From the NCBI GenBank assembly GCA_051746725.1, contig JBNJFI010000001.1:1-64000 (forward strand): DNA of 64,000 nucleotides. The letters are read 5' to 3'. Every line of letters begins with the position of its first letter. Position 1 is the first letter of the stretch. The position numbers and the translations under genes are program-made. The notes below the pieces were generated by a model, which made no database searches, had not been told where the DNA came from, and saw only the letters and a list, made by a program, of their open reading frames with translations. Positions 32,709-43,001 of the stretch are shown here, one piece after another. This stretch comes from Fusobacteriota bacterium (GTDB lineage Bacteria > Fusobacteriota > Fusobacteriia > Fusobacteriales > JBNJFI01).

Positions 32709-33367
32709 TATTTCTCCTTATTTTTCTCTTTATTTAAAATTGCTTCTGCCTTTTTATTTAAAGTATCTATCTTTTTTTCTAATAATATTTGGTATTTTTC
32801 AATATCTGCATCTTTTGGAACTAAAAATGGTTTGCCTACCATAAAGATTCCTTTACTAAATGGTTTAGGTATTTGTAATTTATCCCATGATTTTTCTATT
32901 ACCCATTTTTTGGAAAAAGCTCCTCCTAGAGGAACAATTTTCTTTTGAGTTTTCTTTGCTACATATATAATTCCAGGTTTCACTTTATGTCTAGGCCCGG
33001 TAGGTCCATCAACAGCAAACCCTCCACTTATTTTTCTTTTTTTTATTTCTCGTATTATACGAATTAAGCTCTTAGCTCCTCCTTCATTTGAAGATCCTCT
33101 TATTACTTCATATCCATATTTTTTAAGTGGAGTTGCAATGATTTCTCCATCATATGAAGGGCTTACCATATTTAATGTTTTATGACATTTTTTTATCACA
33201 TTAATCATCTGAATTATAATTGTATCATGCCAAAATCCTACATTATAAACTTCATCTTTTTTGAAATCAGGATCTATTTTATATTTCCAACTTATTGTTT
33301 TCGAAAGTATTTTACTTATATAAAATATTATTTCTCCATATCTTATGTATTTTTTTCTTTTATTCAT
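32708..33367 (-). CDS. DUF374 lysophospholipid-acyltransferase-like protein
   Basis: FWH, S.S.DGE, IRGSS, DGP.GP, SWD...IPKPFS. Confidence 0.85.
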   Translation of the reverse strand: MNKRKKYIRYGEIIFYISKILSKTISWKYKIDPDFKKDEVYNVGFWHDTIIIQMINVIKKCHKTLNMVSPSYDGEIIATPLKKYGYEVIRGSSNEGGAKSLIRIIREIKKRKISGGFAVDGPTGPRHKVKPGIIYVAKKTQKKIVPLGGAFSKKWVIEKSWDKLQIPKPFSKGIFMVGKPFLVPKDADIEKYQILLEKKIDTLNKKAEAILNKEKNKEK

Positions 33368-33393
33368 GATTTTTTCCCCTTATTTTAAGTTTA

Positions 33394-33422
33394 ATTATAT
33401 CATAAAGGCCTTATTTTATCAA
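33394..33422 (-). promoter_or_regulatory. Putative sigma70 promoter
   Basis: TTGATA-17-TATAAT with TGn extension. Confidence 0.6.
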
Positions 33423-33470
33423 TTAAAGATTAGATTTTAATATTCAAATGATTAATTTTACATTTTTTAA

Positions 33471-33694
33471 TATAATGGTTCAACCACAAAAAGGTATTTT
33501 CAGAATTTTTTGTTTTTCTGAAGATAAGAAAGCTTCCTGGTTTATGCCCCCCTCTAAATCTCCCCACTCGCAAGGGGAGACTTCTTGACTTCCTCCCCTG
33601 CTAGGGGTAGGACTGAGGTGGGGGCGTAAGATTTTATCACGAAGAATTTTTCTAATAAATCTGAAATTCGAACTTTTTGTGTTCTAACCATATA
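33471..33694. repeat. REP/MITE-like element: GC-rich double-hairpin core inside imperfect terminal inverted repeats
   Basis: Core 33542-33629 with nested palindromes; ends ATGGTT..cACAAAAAG..TTTCAGA / TCTGAAA..CTTTTTGTG..AACCAT. Confidence 0.6.
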
Positions 33695-33715
33695 ATATTA
33701 GAATAAAATTATATT

Positions 33716-34177
33716 TTACTTAGAATCTTTTAAAACTTTTTTGTAAGTCCAAACTCCATATATATATCCCACTATTACCCAAATAACTAAGGATATAAGA
33801 TTCCCTATAAATGATTTATAATCAAAAACTGCATTAACAAACCACAATGGCAAACCAAAGCTAAGAATACCATGAACACGAGAATAATATTTCTTTATCA
33901 CTTCTTCTGTTGCCTCATCATCATTTACTACTTTATAAAAATTCCATTCCATATTCCCGATTAATACCCCTAGAAATGCATATACTACAAGAACAATTAA
34001 AGTTTTTAAATAAAAAGATTCTCGTTCTAAAAAACCAGTTCCAAAACTAAATATCCCACTTAAAACAGATAATATAATCCCAAGCATTATCATTCTTTGT
34101 AATATAACTCTATATAGTATAAAATTTTTCTTTCCCATGTCTTTTATTATTTTCCATTTATTCTTAATCTGATTCAT
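33716..34177 (-). CDS. Hypothetical 4-TM membrane protein
   Basis: Hydrophobic segments in two similar halves; AGGAGG RBS. Confidence 0.75.
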   Translation of the reverse strand: MNQIKNKWKIIKDMGKKNFILYRVILQRMIMLGIILSVLSGIFSFGTGFLERESFYLKTLIVLVVYAFLGVLIGNMEWNFYKVVNDDEATEEVIKKYYSRVHGILSFGLPLWFVNAVFDYKSFIGNLISLVIWVIVGYIYGVWTYKKVLKDSK

Positions 34178-34191
34178 AATTTAACCTCCTA

Positions 34192-35508
34192 TTATTTCTG
34201 TTTATAATTTTTTCTCAAGTATTTAATTCCATCTTCATAAGTAAGAAATTTTTCTTCAAGTTGAGCTTCATAAAGTTCATCTAAAATCTTTCCGAAATGT
34301 GGACCGGGTTTTAAGCCATATTTTATAAGATCCTTACCTTTTATAATAGGTTCAACTTCATCTTTGATTTCATTATATATCTTTTTGATTTCTTTAATAT
34401 GAGATATCGTTTTTGTATCTCCTCCTTTACCTAGCATATCTGCTTTATGAACTTTTAAAATGTCTTCCATATCTACTTTAGAAGCTAATTTTCTAACCGC
34501 CTTTTTTGATACGCTCTCTATCATATTTAAAGGATAATCATGAAATTTAATAAGTTTTTCTACTTTTTTAATCAAGTCTTTATTATTAGTTATTTTTTTT
34601 AAATACTGTCTTACTATATTTGCCCCTTTTAAAGCATGTCCATAAAAATGTATTCTGTTTCCCTCTTTTTTGTTTTCCACTTCACCTTTTCCTATATCAT
34701 GATATAAAAGCGCCAGCATTATTTCAATTGTCCTATCCTTTATTGGTAATACATCTAATGTCATCATAGTATGTATAAAAACATTTCCCTCGGGATGATA
34801 TCTTTTTCCTTGTTCAATATTTTCTAGATTATCTAGTTCTGGGAAATATTTTTTTAACAGACCAATTCTTTTCATCCAATAAAATGCTAAAGATGGATTT
34901 TTAGCTTTTAGAAGTATTTTTTCTATTTCAAGAAAAATTCTTTCCTTTGCTATCTTATCTATTTTATCTAATATCTCTATACAAACTTTCTCTGTTTTTT
35001 TAGTAACTTTAAAATTTAATCTGGCTTTGAACTGAGCTACCCTAAATATTCTAAGAGGATCTTGTATAAATGTATCTCTTGATACATAAGATATTCTCTT
35101 TTTTTTTATATCATTTTTTCCTCCAAAAAAGTCTACTAACTTATCATCTATAGGATCATACATCATTGAATTAATAGTCAAATCTCTACGACGACATGCT
35201 TCTTTTTCATCCATATAAGGAGAAGAAATTAATTTTTCTCCTTTTCTTTTTTGAGGTAAAGAAAATTCAATTCCTTTAAATAAGTATATATTATAAGATT
35301 TCCCCACCTTTTTTGAATAACCATATTTATCTAATATTTTATGTAACTTATTCCCTTTTATATTAAATACTTCTATATCTATATCTTTACTCTTTCTTCC
35401 CAATATTTTATCCCTAACATAACCTCCAACTATATATCCGATTCCACCGTCTTTTTTAATATCTTTTAATATTGATATTAACTTTCTATTTTTTTTAATC
35501 TCTTCCAT
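34192..35508 (-). CDS. Class II tRNA nucleotidyltransferase with HD domain, probably CC-adding
   Basis: VGGYVRD..DIDIE, RRDLTIN, QDPLR, ERIF.E, HPEG, HDIGK; short A-B loop. Confidence 0.85.
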   Translation of the reverse strand: MEEIKKNRKLISILKDIKKDGGIGYIVGGYVRDKILGRKSKDIDIEVFNIKGNKLHKILDKYGYSKKVGKSYNIYLFKGIEFSLPQKRKGEKLISSPYMDEKEACRRRDLTINSMMYDPIDDKLVDFFGGKNDIKKKRISYVSRDTFIQDPLRIFRVAQFKARLNFKVTKKTEKVCIEILDKIDKIAKERIFLEIEKILLKAKNPSLAFYWMKRIGLLKKYFPELDNLENIEQGKRYHPEGNVFIHTMMTLDVLPIKDRTIEIMLALLYHDIGKGEVENKKEGNRIHFYGHALKGANIVRQYLKKITNNKDLIKKVEKLIKFHDYPLNMIESVSKKAVRKLASKVDMEDILKVHKADMLGKGGDTKTISHIKEIKKIYNEIKDEVEPIIKGKDLIKYGLKPGPHFGKILDELYEAQLEEKFLTYEDGIKYLRKNYKQK

Positions 35509-35650
35509 AGAACATCCATCACCTCGCTAGCTTTTACTTTTAAAAAGCATCAGTTATTTTATTAGTGAAATATGTATTCACCCTTAGTAATTAATTTTAT
35601 AGCTCTATCACTTTTATTTTTTATTTATATATCCACTTAAAATCCTTTTT

Positions 35651-35714
35651 ATCCTTTATTTTATATCCTTTATTTTATATCTTTTATTTTTATATCTTTT
35701 ATCTTTCGTTTTAT
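35651..35714. repeat. Degenerate 14-bp tandem repeat ATCCTTTATTTTAT, about 4 copies
   Basis: Two exact copies at 35651-35678 followed by decaying copies. Confidence 0.7.
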
Positions 35715-35729
35715 ATTTGTTTTTTTGCG

Positions 35730-37562
35730 TTAATTATTAATAACATCAAATTTTTTTATTAACTTTTTAACATCTTTAACACTAAAGGGTTTAGATAAAT
35801 ATTCATCCATCCCTATATTTAAAAATTTTTCTTTATCTTCTTCTAATGCATAAGCAGTTATAGCTATTGTAATAGGCATATTTAGCCCCTTTGCCTTTGA
35901 ATAGTTTCGAATTTTTTTAAAAGCTTCTATCCCATTTATTACAGGCATTTGAATATCCATAAAAATCATATCTGGATTTTCTTTTTTGTATAACTCAATA
36001 GCTTCCTGACCATCTTTAGCAAAAATTCCTTTTATACTTTCTAACTGATTAGTTATTCTCTTCATTAATTTCAAACTCACTTTATTGTCATCTGCAATTA
36101 ATATAGTTTTAATATTTTTAAACTCATTATCTTTTAAACCGTTAATCTTTTTTTCTTCATTTTGTATTTGATTAATATTAGCTTCTATTTTTTCAGAAAG
36201 CACCTTCTCAATTTCTTCTAGAAGTTTATTTCGTTTAATGGGTTTCATTAGATACCCCTGGACTCCAATTTCATTTATATTATTTATTTTCTTATGAATA
36301 TCAACAGAAGTAAATAATAAAATAGTTACTAATCTGGATTGCAACTCATTCCTTATAGCTTTTACAACAGATACTCCATCCATTTCTGGCATATTTACAT
36401 CTAATAATATTAGATCCACTTCTAAACCATTTTTTAGTTTATTTATAGCTACTTTTCCGCAATCTGCCAGTGTTACAGTAAATCCATGTTCTTTTAACAT
36501 CTTTTTTGCAATTTTTCTATTTAAATTATTATCATCTACTAATAATACGGAGATATCCTGTTCTTTAATATCTACTTTTTTTACTTTTTTGCCCAAAACC
36601 TTCCCTAGCTCTATTGAAAAATAAAACTCCGACCCTAAATCTTCTTCGCTTGTAAATCCAATTTCTCCTCCCATTAACTTTACCAACTCTTTAGATATAG
36701 AAAGTCCTAGTCCTGTACCTTGATATTTTTTTGTATAGCTTAGATCTCCCTGTATAAATGGCTTAAATATCTTATCTTTTTTAGACTCTGATATCCCAAT
36801 TCCAGTGTCTTTTATTGAAAAGTTTAATTTGACTTTATCATTGGTCACTTTTTCATATTTAACCTCAAAATATATATTGCCTGTTTCTGTATATTTAATA
36901 GCATTACTTATTAAGTTTATTAAGACTTGCCTTATTTTACTCTCATCTCCTCTCACTATTTTGGGTAGATCTTTATCGGAATAATATATTACTTCTAGAC
37001 CTTTTTTGTGTGCATTATATGATAGCATATCCAGCACATTATTAATTATATCTTCTAAATTAAATTCTGATTCATCCAATTCTAACCTTCCAGCTTCTAT
37101 TTTAGAAATATCTAATATATCATTTATAACAGCTAAAAGATTATCTGCGCTTATTCTCATATCATCTAAAAGGCTCTCCTGCTCTTTATTTAAATCAGTC
37201 ATAGATAATAACTCAGAGGTTCCAATTACACCATTCATAGGGGTTCTTATCTCGTGACTCATATTTGCTAAAAATTGGCTCTTAGCTTTATTTGCTTTTA
37301 TTGCCTTATCTTTTGCATATTCTAATTCTTCTAAAATTTTCTCCTGTTTTATTTCTTCATTATCTATCATAATTGCAATTATAAGTGCAGAAATAAACAC
37401 AAAAAAGATCCCTTTATACGTTTGTATTATACTTAATTGTTCAGGGGTTCTAGCCATAAGTGCTGCCAATCTATCAGAAAATAATATCCATAGAATACTT
37501 AGTATCAGATATGTCAATGTGATTTTTAAAATAATTTTTATTCTCGGTTTCATTTCTTTCAT
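35730..37562 (-). CDS. Hybrid sensor histidine kinase with two receiver domains
   Basis: 2 [35 protein letters not shown]; two intact REC domains. Confidence 0.95.
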   Translation of the reverse strand: MKEMKPRIKIILKITLTYLILSILWILFSDRLAALMARTPEQLSIIQTYKGIFFVFISALIIAIMIDNEEIKQEKILEELEYAKDKAIKANKAKSQFLANMSHEIRTPMNGVIGTSELLSMTDLNKEQESLLDDMRISADNLLAVINDILDISKIEAGRLELDESEFNLEDIINNVLDMLSYNAHKKGLEVIYYSDKDLPKIVRGDESKIRQVLINLISNAIKYTETGNIYFEVKYEKVTNDKVKLNFSIKDTGIGISESKKDKIFKPFIQGDLSYTKKYQGTGLGLSISKELVKLMGGEIGFTSEEDLGSEFYFSIELGKVLGKKVKKVDIKEQDISVLLVDDNNLNRKIAKKMLKEHGFTVTLADCGKVAINKLKNGLEVDLILLDVNMPEMDGVSVVKAIRNELQSRLVTILLFTSVDIHKKINNINEIGVQGYLMKPIKRNKLLEEIEKVLSEKIEANINQIQNEEKKINGLKDNEFKNIKTILIADDNKVSLKLMKRITNQLESIKGIFAKDGQEAIELYKKENPDMIFMDIQMPVINGIEAFKKIRNYSKAKGLNMPITIAITAYALEEDKEKFLNIGMDEYLSKPFSVKDVKKLIKKFDVINN

Positions 37563-37603
37563 CCTCCTCGATTTGACTTTTTATCAAATTAGTTCTTTTT
37601 TTA

Positions 37604-37632
37604 ATTATACTATTTAATATTGTATTTATCAA
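37604..37632 (-). promoter_or_regulatory. Putative promoter for the hybrid kinase gene
   Basis: TTGATA-17-TATAAT on the minus strand. Confidence 0.55.
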
Positions 37633-37741
37633 CTTTTTTTAGTATTTAGTCTAACTAACTGTGTTTCTAAATAAAAAATTCCATAAAACGGTAATTAAAA
37701 AATGCTTTTTAAAACCTTTATTAATCTTTTTAGTATAAAAA

Positions 37742-37770
37742 TTGTAAAATTATATTAAATCATGTATAAT
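37742..37770 (+). promoter_or_regulatory. Putative promoter for rnhA
   Basis: TTGTAA-17-TATAAT followed by AAGGAG RBS. Confidence 0.65.
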
Positions 37771-37802
37771 AAACATAAATTCATTGTAAAGGAGCTTATA
37801 TT

Positions 37803-38582
37803 ATGGCAAAAAATAAATTTTATGCGTATTATTTAGTTAAACCCAAAATTTCAGGGATAACTAAAAGTTGGCCTCAATGCCAAGAAATTATAAAAAATCA
37901 AAAAGCTAGATATAAAGGATTTAAAACTAAAGACGAAGCTCAAGATTGGTTAGATAATGGTGCTATCTATGAAGATAAAAAGAATAAGTATTATGCCTAT
38001 TACAGATCCGATGATAATAAATCTGGAATAACTAGAAGTTGGAAGAAATGTCAAAGTATTATCAAAAAAGGGAAAGTCCGGTATAAATCATTTAAAACCC
38101 AAAAAGAAGCTCAAGATTGGTTAGATAATGGTGCTATTTATGAAACAAAGGAGATGTTGCAAGAAAAATTAAAGGATGGAATATATTTTGATGCAGGTAC
38201 AGGTCGTGGAATAGGTGTAGAAGTTAGAGTCACTGACAAAAAAGGGAATAGTCTTGTTGATAAAATTGTTCCAAAAGATAAAGTTAATGAGTACGGAAAT
38301 TATTTGACAAAAAAGGGGTCTACTAATAACTATGGAGAGCTTTTAGGTATGTATATTGCATTAAAATTAGCTTTAAAAACAGACCAAAAGAGGATCTTTG
38401 GAGATAGTAAGTTAGTTATAGATTATTGGTCTAACGGTTATATAAAAAAAGAAAAAGTTGCAGATGATACTGTTAAATTATCTGAACGAGTTAAAAAATT
38501 AAGGAAAAAATTTGAAAAAAGAGATGGAATTATCGAACATGTTTCTGGAGATATAAATCCAGCAGATTTAGGTTTTCATTAA
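37803..38582 (+). CDS. rnhA: Ribonuclease HI with two N-terminal hybrid-binding (viroplasmin) domains
   Basis: Two GI..SW..C......RYK.FKT..EA..WL units; IYFDAG, TNNYGEL, GDS.LVI.YWS, ADLG. Confidence 0.88.
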   Translation: MAKNKFYAYYLVKPKISGITKSWPQCQEIIKNQKARYKGFKTKDEAQDWLDNGAIYEDKKNKYYAYYRSDDNKSGITRSWKKCQSIIKKGKVRYKSFKTQKEAQDWLDNGAIYETKEMLQEKLKDGIYFDAGTGRGIGVEVRVTDKKGNSLVDKIVPKDKVNEYGNYLTKKGSTNNYGELLGMYIALKLALKTDQKRIFGDSKLVIDYWSNGYIKKEKVADDTVKLSERVKKLRKKFEKRDGIIEHVSGDINPADLGFH

Positions 38583-38589
38583 AATCAGT

Positions 38590-38630
38590 TATAAATATAA
38601 GGATATAATGAGTATATCCTTATATTTATA
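38590..38630. terminator. 18-bp inverted repeat between convergent genes
   Basis: tataaatataaggatata-atgag-tatatccttatatttata. Confidence 0.75.
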
Positions 38631-40643
38631 TTAATTTAAATCCATTTTATTTTTGTGTGTAAATAACCATTTATTTATTTTTTTATTTAATATAAGCAGA
38701 TCTTTATCTTTAGTATGTTTAAAATCAAAGCGAATCTTTGTGTATAATTTTATGATTTCTTCTAAATTTTCTAGCTCTGATATTATGTTTTTATTTTCAT
38801 TGGAATCTTTTTTGATAATAATTATCCTATTTATCCACATATTTAATGTTTCATGATCTAACTTAGGAATATCAAATTTTTTTAGTTCTGTTTTTATAAG
38901 ATTTATATCTGATTCTATTGTCTTAAATTTTTTTCTTTGGTACTTATTTTTCCCAATATCTTTTAATTTTTTTCTTTGTCGTAAATATATTCTTAATATC
39001 ATAATCGCTAATAACAGAGAGGTTATGATTGTTAAATATAAATTTACGTTTTCATCATTTTCTTTTAAAAACATCCTAATTTTATAAGTTAAACTGTCAA
39101 AAAAGTCACTTACCTCTTCAAATCTAGATGCTCCCTCTTCATCTTCAGAAAGCCAATTACCTGGTGTCGTGTCTATTTCAATCCAATCATTATTAATATA
39201 AGCCAAAGTCCACGAATGTCCATGTCTTTCTCTAATTATATAATTATCATCATATTTGCTTTTTTCTTCAACCACAAAACCAGTTATATATCTAGATGGA
39301 ATTCCTGCTTCTCGCAGTAATAATACCGTAGCAGTTGCAAAATACTCGCAATGCCCTGATTTATGTTCCAATAAAAATTCTTTTAAATACGATTTAGATC
39401 TTCTAGTATTTTGAATTTTGAGACTATATTCAAAGTTTTTATCAAAATATCGAATTAATGTTTTTAATATTTCATTTTCATTTTTATCATATAAATCTAA
39501 CTTATCTGCCACTTTAGAAAGCGCTTCTTTTTCTTGAGAGGGTATTTGTAAATCTCCTCTTTCTACTTTAAAGTTATACCTTTGCCTAGAATCAAATGAA
39601 ACTCTATAATTAATTTGACCTCCGGTTTCTGAAATTCTAAAAGCTCTATATTTATCTGTTTCTAGATAGCCGTTTAAATTTTTAGCACGATAACTTCCCT
39701 TCGGCAATGAAAGTAATGCACGATCATTTTTTATCTTTTGATCCACTTCTAAAAGAGATAATTTCTTAGGTTTAAAATTATTTAGAACCCAATTATCCTT
39801 ATCATCTAAATCGGCTACTTCAAATTTCTTATTTTGTTTATGCCAATTAGGAGGAGTAAACAAATTATATATATTATCTCGTAGTAGCCTAGGTATGTTT
39901 TTATTTTTATAGTCCACAGACTTAACCCTCATTAATATTTCACCTGATAATTTTAATTCTCCTAATTCACCTATAGAAGTCATTTCTCCATACGAACCTT
40001 GTTTCATTCTACTTTTTATAATTTTCGCAATCCAATTTCTTCTATATTTTTTTAATATCGAATATTTAATATATTCAGAAAATTTTTCAGTGGAGTTTTG
40101 TAAATAATTAGACCCAAAAAAAATAATTATAACTAATAGAATTTTTACCTTTTTTGAATATCTATCATTTGATATTAAAAATAAACTCCAAGTTATTAGA
40201 ATAAAAAGAATCATAAAATAATATTTAAAATCACTATTAACAACCGCTGTAGAAAATAGCGTTATCATCAAATATGGCAATCTTAGATCCATTGGATGGT
40301 GTTTATATTTTTTTCCTAGTTTAGTTCCAATAATTATCTTATCCGAAGTGCTATACAATTGTGCTAACATAATCAATGAAAATATTAATGGCATCCACTT
40401 TCCCAATGTAAATAAGATCTCCTTAGTTTCAACATTGAAATATATTATCATAATTGAAGCAAGAAAAATTATAGAATTAAGATCAGATATTTTAAAAAAA
40501 TCATCCTTTGAAAATTCTACCTTTTTTGTCAGATAATACGATGCTTCCATTAATAAACCTAAACCTATTCCAAGTAAAAGCTCTCCTGAAACAGCACCCC
40601 AAAATATTAAAGAAGCTCCCAATAAAAAATTAGATTTTTTCAT
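38631..40643 (-). CDS. Membrane transglutaminase-like protein (TgpA-like)
   Basis: Multi-TM N-terminus; catalytic triad GHCEYFA / HSW / IDTT. Confidence 0.9.
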   Translation of the reverse strand: MKKSNFLLGASLIFWGAVSGELLLGIGLGLLMEASYYLTKKVEFSKDDFFKISDLNSIIFLASIMIIYFNVETKEILFTLGKWMPLIFSLIMLAQLYSTSDKIIIGTKLGKKYKHHPMDLRLPYLMITLFSTAVVNSDFKYYFMILFILITWSLFLISNDRYSKKVKILLVIIIFFGSNYLQNSTEKFSEYIKYSILKKYRRNWIAKIIKSRMKQGSYGEMTSIGELGELKLSGEILMRVKSVDYKNKNIPRLLRDNIYNLFTPPNWHKQNKKFEVADLDDKDNWVLNNFKPKKLSLLEVDQKIKNDRALLSLPKGSYRAKNLNGYLETDKYRAFRISETGGQINYRVSFDSRQRYNFKVERGDLQIPSQEKEALSKVADKLDLYDKNENEILKTLIRYFDKNFEYSLKIQNTRRSKSYLKEFLLEHKSGHCEYFATATVLLLREAGIPSRYITGFVVEEKSKYDDNYIIRERHGHSWTLAYINNDWIEIDTTPGNWLSEDEEGASRFEEVSDFFDSLTYKIRMFLKENDENVNLYLTIITSLLLAIMILRIYLRQRKKLKDIGKNKYQRKKFKTIESDINLIKTELKKFDIPKLDHETLNMWINRIIIIKKDSNENKNIISELENLEEIIKLYTKIRFDFKHTKDKDLLILNKKINKWLFTHKNKMDLN

Positions 40644-40673
40644 TATATCTTATCTCCAATCTATTATAATATA

Positions 40674-42035
40674 TCAAAATATATCAATTTTTTCCCCTTT
40701 TTTGCATTTGGATTCTAATTCTCCTATTTCGATTAAAGTTACTTTAAAAGTTACTTCTAATTTGTTAAGATACTCCTTGGTTTTTTTCTTGTTAGTACAT
40801 ATTAAGATTATTTTTATATCAATTTCATTTATAATCAGCTTATTTATCAAGCTTTTTCTCGTTTTATCCATATCTACTAAGATTATTATAAGACTACTTA
40901 ATAAATCTAACTCTGATTCTACTAATTTTTCTAAATCTGTAACTTTTGATTTCCCACAATGTTCAACAGAAGCTAATATTTCCAGCATCTTATCTTGGTT
41001 AGTAAGACCTCGGCCACTTGTAAATATATATCTTTTTTGACAAATAAATATCAAATCTATTAGGGAATCTTCTAACTCTAATCCTCCTATAATTGACGCA
41101 CCTAAAGATATAGCTTCTTCTAAAACTGGTGATCCTGTTTTCAAAAAAGTATCTAATACGAGACCATATCGAGAAAAAAACTCATCGTTAAACTCTTTTA
41201 CCACTGGTTTTTGAGTCTTCGAGTAAGATTTCCAATGGATGTTTTTAACTGGATCCCCTGGATAATAATCTCTCAAAGATAAAAATTCTTCAGAATTCCC
41301 TACTTTAGAAGCAGAAATTATTCCGCCTTGATTATATTTCCTCTCACTGGATATCAAAGGTATATTAAGATTATAAATTTTAGGTAAGCAAATTATATTA
41401 TCAGTAACTTTTAAAAATCTATCTGTTTGAAATAAAGAAAAAGGATCTCTTTTGATTATATTTATCCCTCTAAAATATATATGCCCTCTCTTTAGAGGCA
41501 AAAAAGATACTTCGATATCCTTTTTTTCTCCAGGATGTATCTCGGGAATTTTTTGAATTTTTATATTAATTTTTTGATTTTTCTCGATGAATCTTTTCCA
41601 AATTCGATAATATAATTTAATACTAAACCAATGTTTCTTTGAACAGATATATTTAAATTCCTCAAAAGTAGGAAACGGCGGCGGAATAACCTCTTTTAAG
41701 TAGAGACCTTTTTCCACTTTATTACCTGTATTTTTAATTTCAATATTATAATACATTTTTTTCCCAACACTGCAATATTTAGGCAATTGTCTTTTTAGTT
41801 TTAGTTTAGGTCGGAAATATATAACAAAAAAAAATGCAATTATTATAAATAATCCTAAAATTATAAAAATTTGATAAATTAACGTCTTAGAGACATAAAT
41901 TCCAAATATAAAAGCTAAAAAAAGTGAAACCAAAGCTCCCTTTCCATATGGTGTCACTTTACTATTAAACCACTTTACAAAAAAGTATTTTAATTTATAT
42001 TTTTTATATTTTATTTTTTTTTGTATTTCTATCAT
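40674..42035 (-). CDS. DUF58 protein
   Basis: DPF.LF, EF.SLRDY.PGD..K.IHWK, VVKEF. Confidence 0.9.
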   Translation of the reverse strand: MIEIQKKIKYKKYKLKYFFVKWFNSKVTPYGKGALVSLFLAFIFGIYVSKTLIYQIFIILGLFIIIAFFFVIYFRPKLKLKRQLPKYCSVGKKMYYNIEIKNTGNKVEKGLYLKEVIPPPFPTFEEFKYICSKKHWFSIKLYYRIWKRFIEKNQKINIKIQKIPEIHPGEKKDIEVSFLPLKRGHIYFRGINIIKRDPFSLFQTDRFLKVTDNIICLPKIYNLNIPLISSERKYNQGGIISASKVGNSEEFLSLRDYYPGDPVKNIHWKSYSKTQKPVVKEFNDEFFSRYGLVLDTFLKTGSPVLEEAISLGASIIGGLELEDSLIDLIFICQKRYIFTSGRGLTNQDKMLEILASVEHCGKSKVTDLEKLVESELDLLSSLIIILVDMDKTRKSLINKLIINEIDIKIILICTNKKKTKEYLNKLEVTFKVTLIEIGELESKCKKGEKIDIF

Positions 42036-42973
42036 ACTGGTACCTCTATATTTTCAACAATCTTTTTTAATACCTTTTCAGCGGTTATTCCATTGAATTT
42101 CGCCTGTGAATCTAGCATAATCCTATGACTCAATGTAGCTTTTACAACACTTTGAATATGTTCCGGTATAACAAAGTCCATATTATTAATTAAAGCTAAA
42201 GCCTGTGACATTCTAAGAAGTGCTATTGAAGCTCTAGGGCTAGCCCCTAAAGCCACATGTTCGGCTTCTCTAGTTGCAGATACTATCTCTACTATATAAT
42301 ACATCAATTCTTCGCTTATTCGTATTGTATGTACAAAATTTCTAGTTCTAAGTATATCTTCTCCATTTACTACAGATTTTATATCCTTGAGAGGGTGGTG
42401 ATCTATTTGATCTTTTAAAATAGATACCTCTCTTTCTTTAGATACATAACCTAAAGATAATTGAACCATAAATCTATCCATCTGAGCTTCTGGTAATGGA
42501 TAGGTTCCGTGGTATTCTATTGGATTTTGTGTTGCAATTACAAAAAAAGGAGAACTCAAATTTCTCTTTTTTCCTTCTGTACTTACCTGACTTTCTTCCA
42601 TCGATTCTAAAAGAGCGGATTGAGTTCTTGGACTAGCTCTATTTATCTCATCTGCTAATAATATATTAGTAAATATTGGTCCTTTTCTAAAATAAAACTC
42701 TCCATTTTTTTGATTAAATATAGATACTCCTAATATATCTGATGGTAATAAATCTGGTGTAAATTGGATTCGATTAAAATTACAATCAATGGATTTGGAT
42801 AATGTTTTAGCTAACGTTGTTTTTCCTGTACCTGGAATATCTTCTAATAAAATATGGCCTCCTCCAAAAAAGGCGGCTAAAAATTTTTCTATTACCTCAT
42901 CTTTCCCTATAATAACTTTTTTGATATTTTTAGATATTTCCAAGTATATTTTATAAGCCTCTTTTAAATCCAC
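42032..42973 (-). CDS. MoxR-family AAA ATPase
   Basis: EDIPGTGKT, RIQFTPDLLPSD, DEINRA, ATQNP; probable GTG start at 42973 after AGGGGG. Confidence 0.95.
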   Translation of the reverse strand: MDLKEAYKIYLEISKNIKKVIIGKDEVIEKFLAAFFGGGHILLEDIPGTGKTTLAKTLSKSIDCNFNRIQFTPDLLPSDILGVSIFNQKNGEFYFRKGPIFTNILLADEINRASPRTQSALLESMEESQVSTEGKKRNLSSPFFVIATQNPIEYHGTYPLPEAQMDRFMVQLSLGYVSKEREVSILKDQIDHHPLKDIKSVVNGEDILRTRNFVHTIRISEELMYYIVEIVSATREAEHVALGASPRASIALLRMSQALALINNMDFVIPEHIQSVVKATLSHRIMLDSQAKFNGITAEKVLKKIVENIEVPV

Positions 42974-43001
42974 CTTATCCCCCCTTAAAAATTCATATGA
43001 T

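Noticed and set aside
33542..33629. tRNA or tRNA remnant
   Set aside because: No TTC T-loop, D-loop or cloverleaf; it folds as two hairpins within one stem
35600..35720. CRISPR-like array
   Set aside because: Units are adjacent 14-mers with no spacers, and no cas genes are present
18992..38630. Three perfect 18-bp inverted repeats (18992, 28323, 38590) as one repeat family
   Set aside because: They share no sequence and each sits at a gene 3' end, so independent terminator-like hairpins are the simpler explanation
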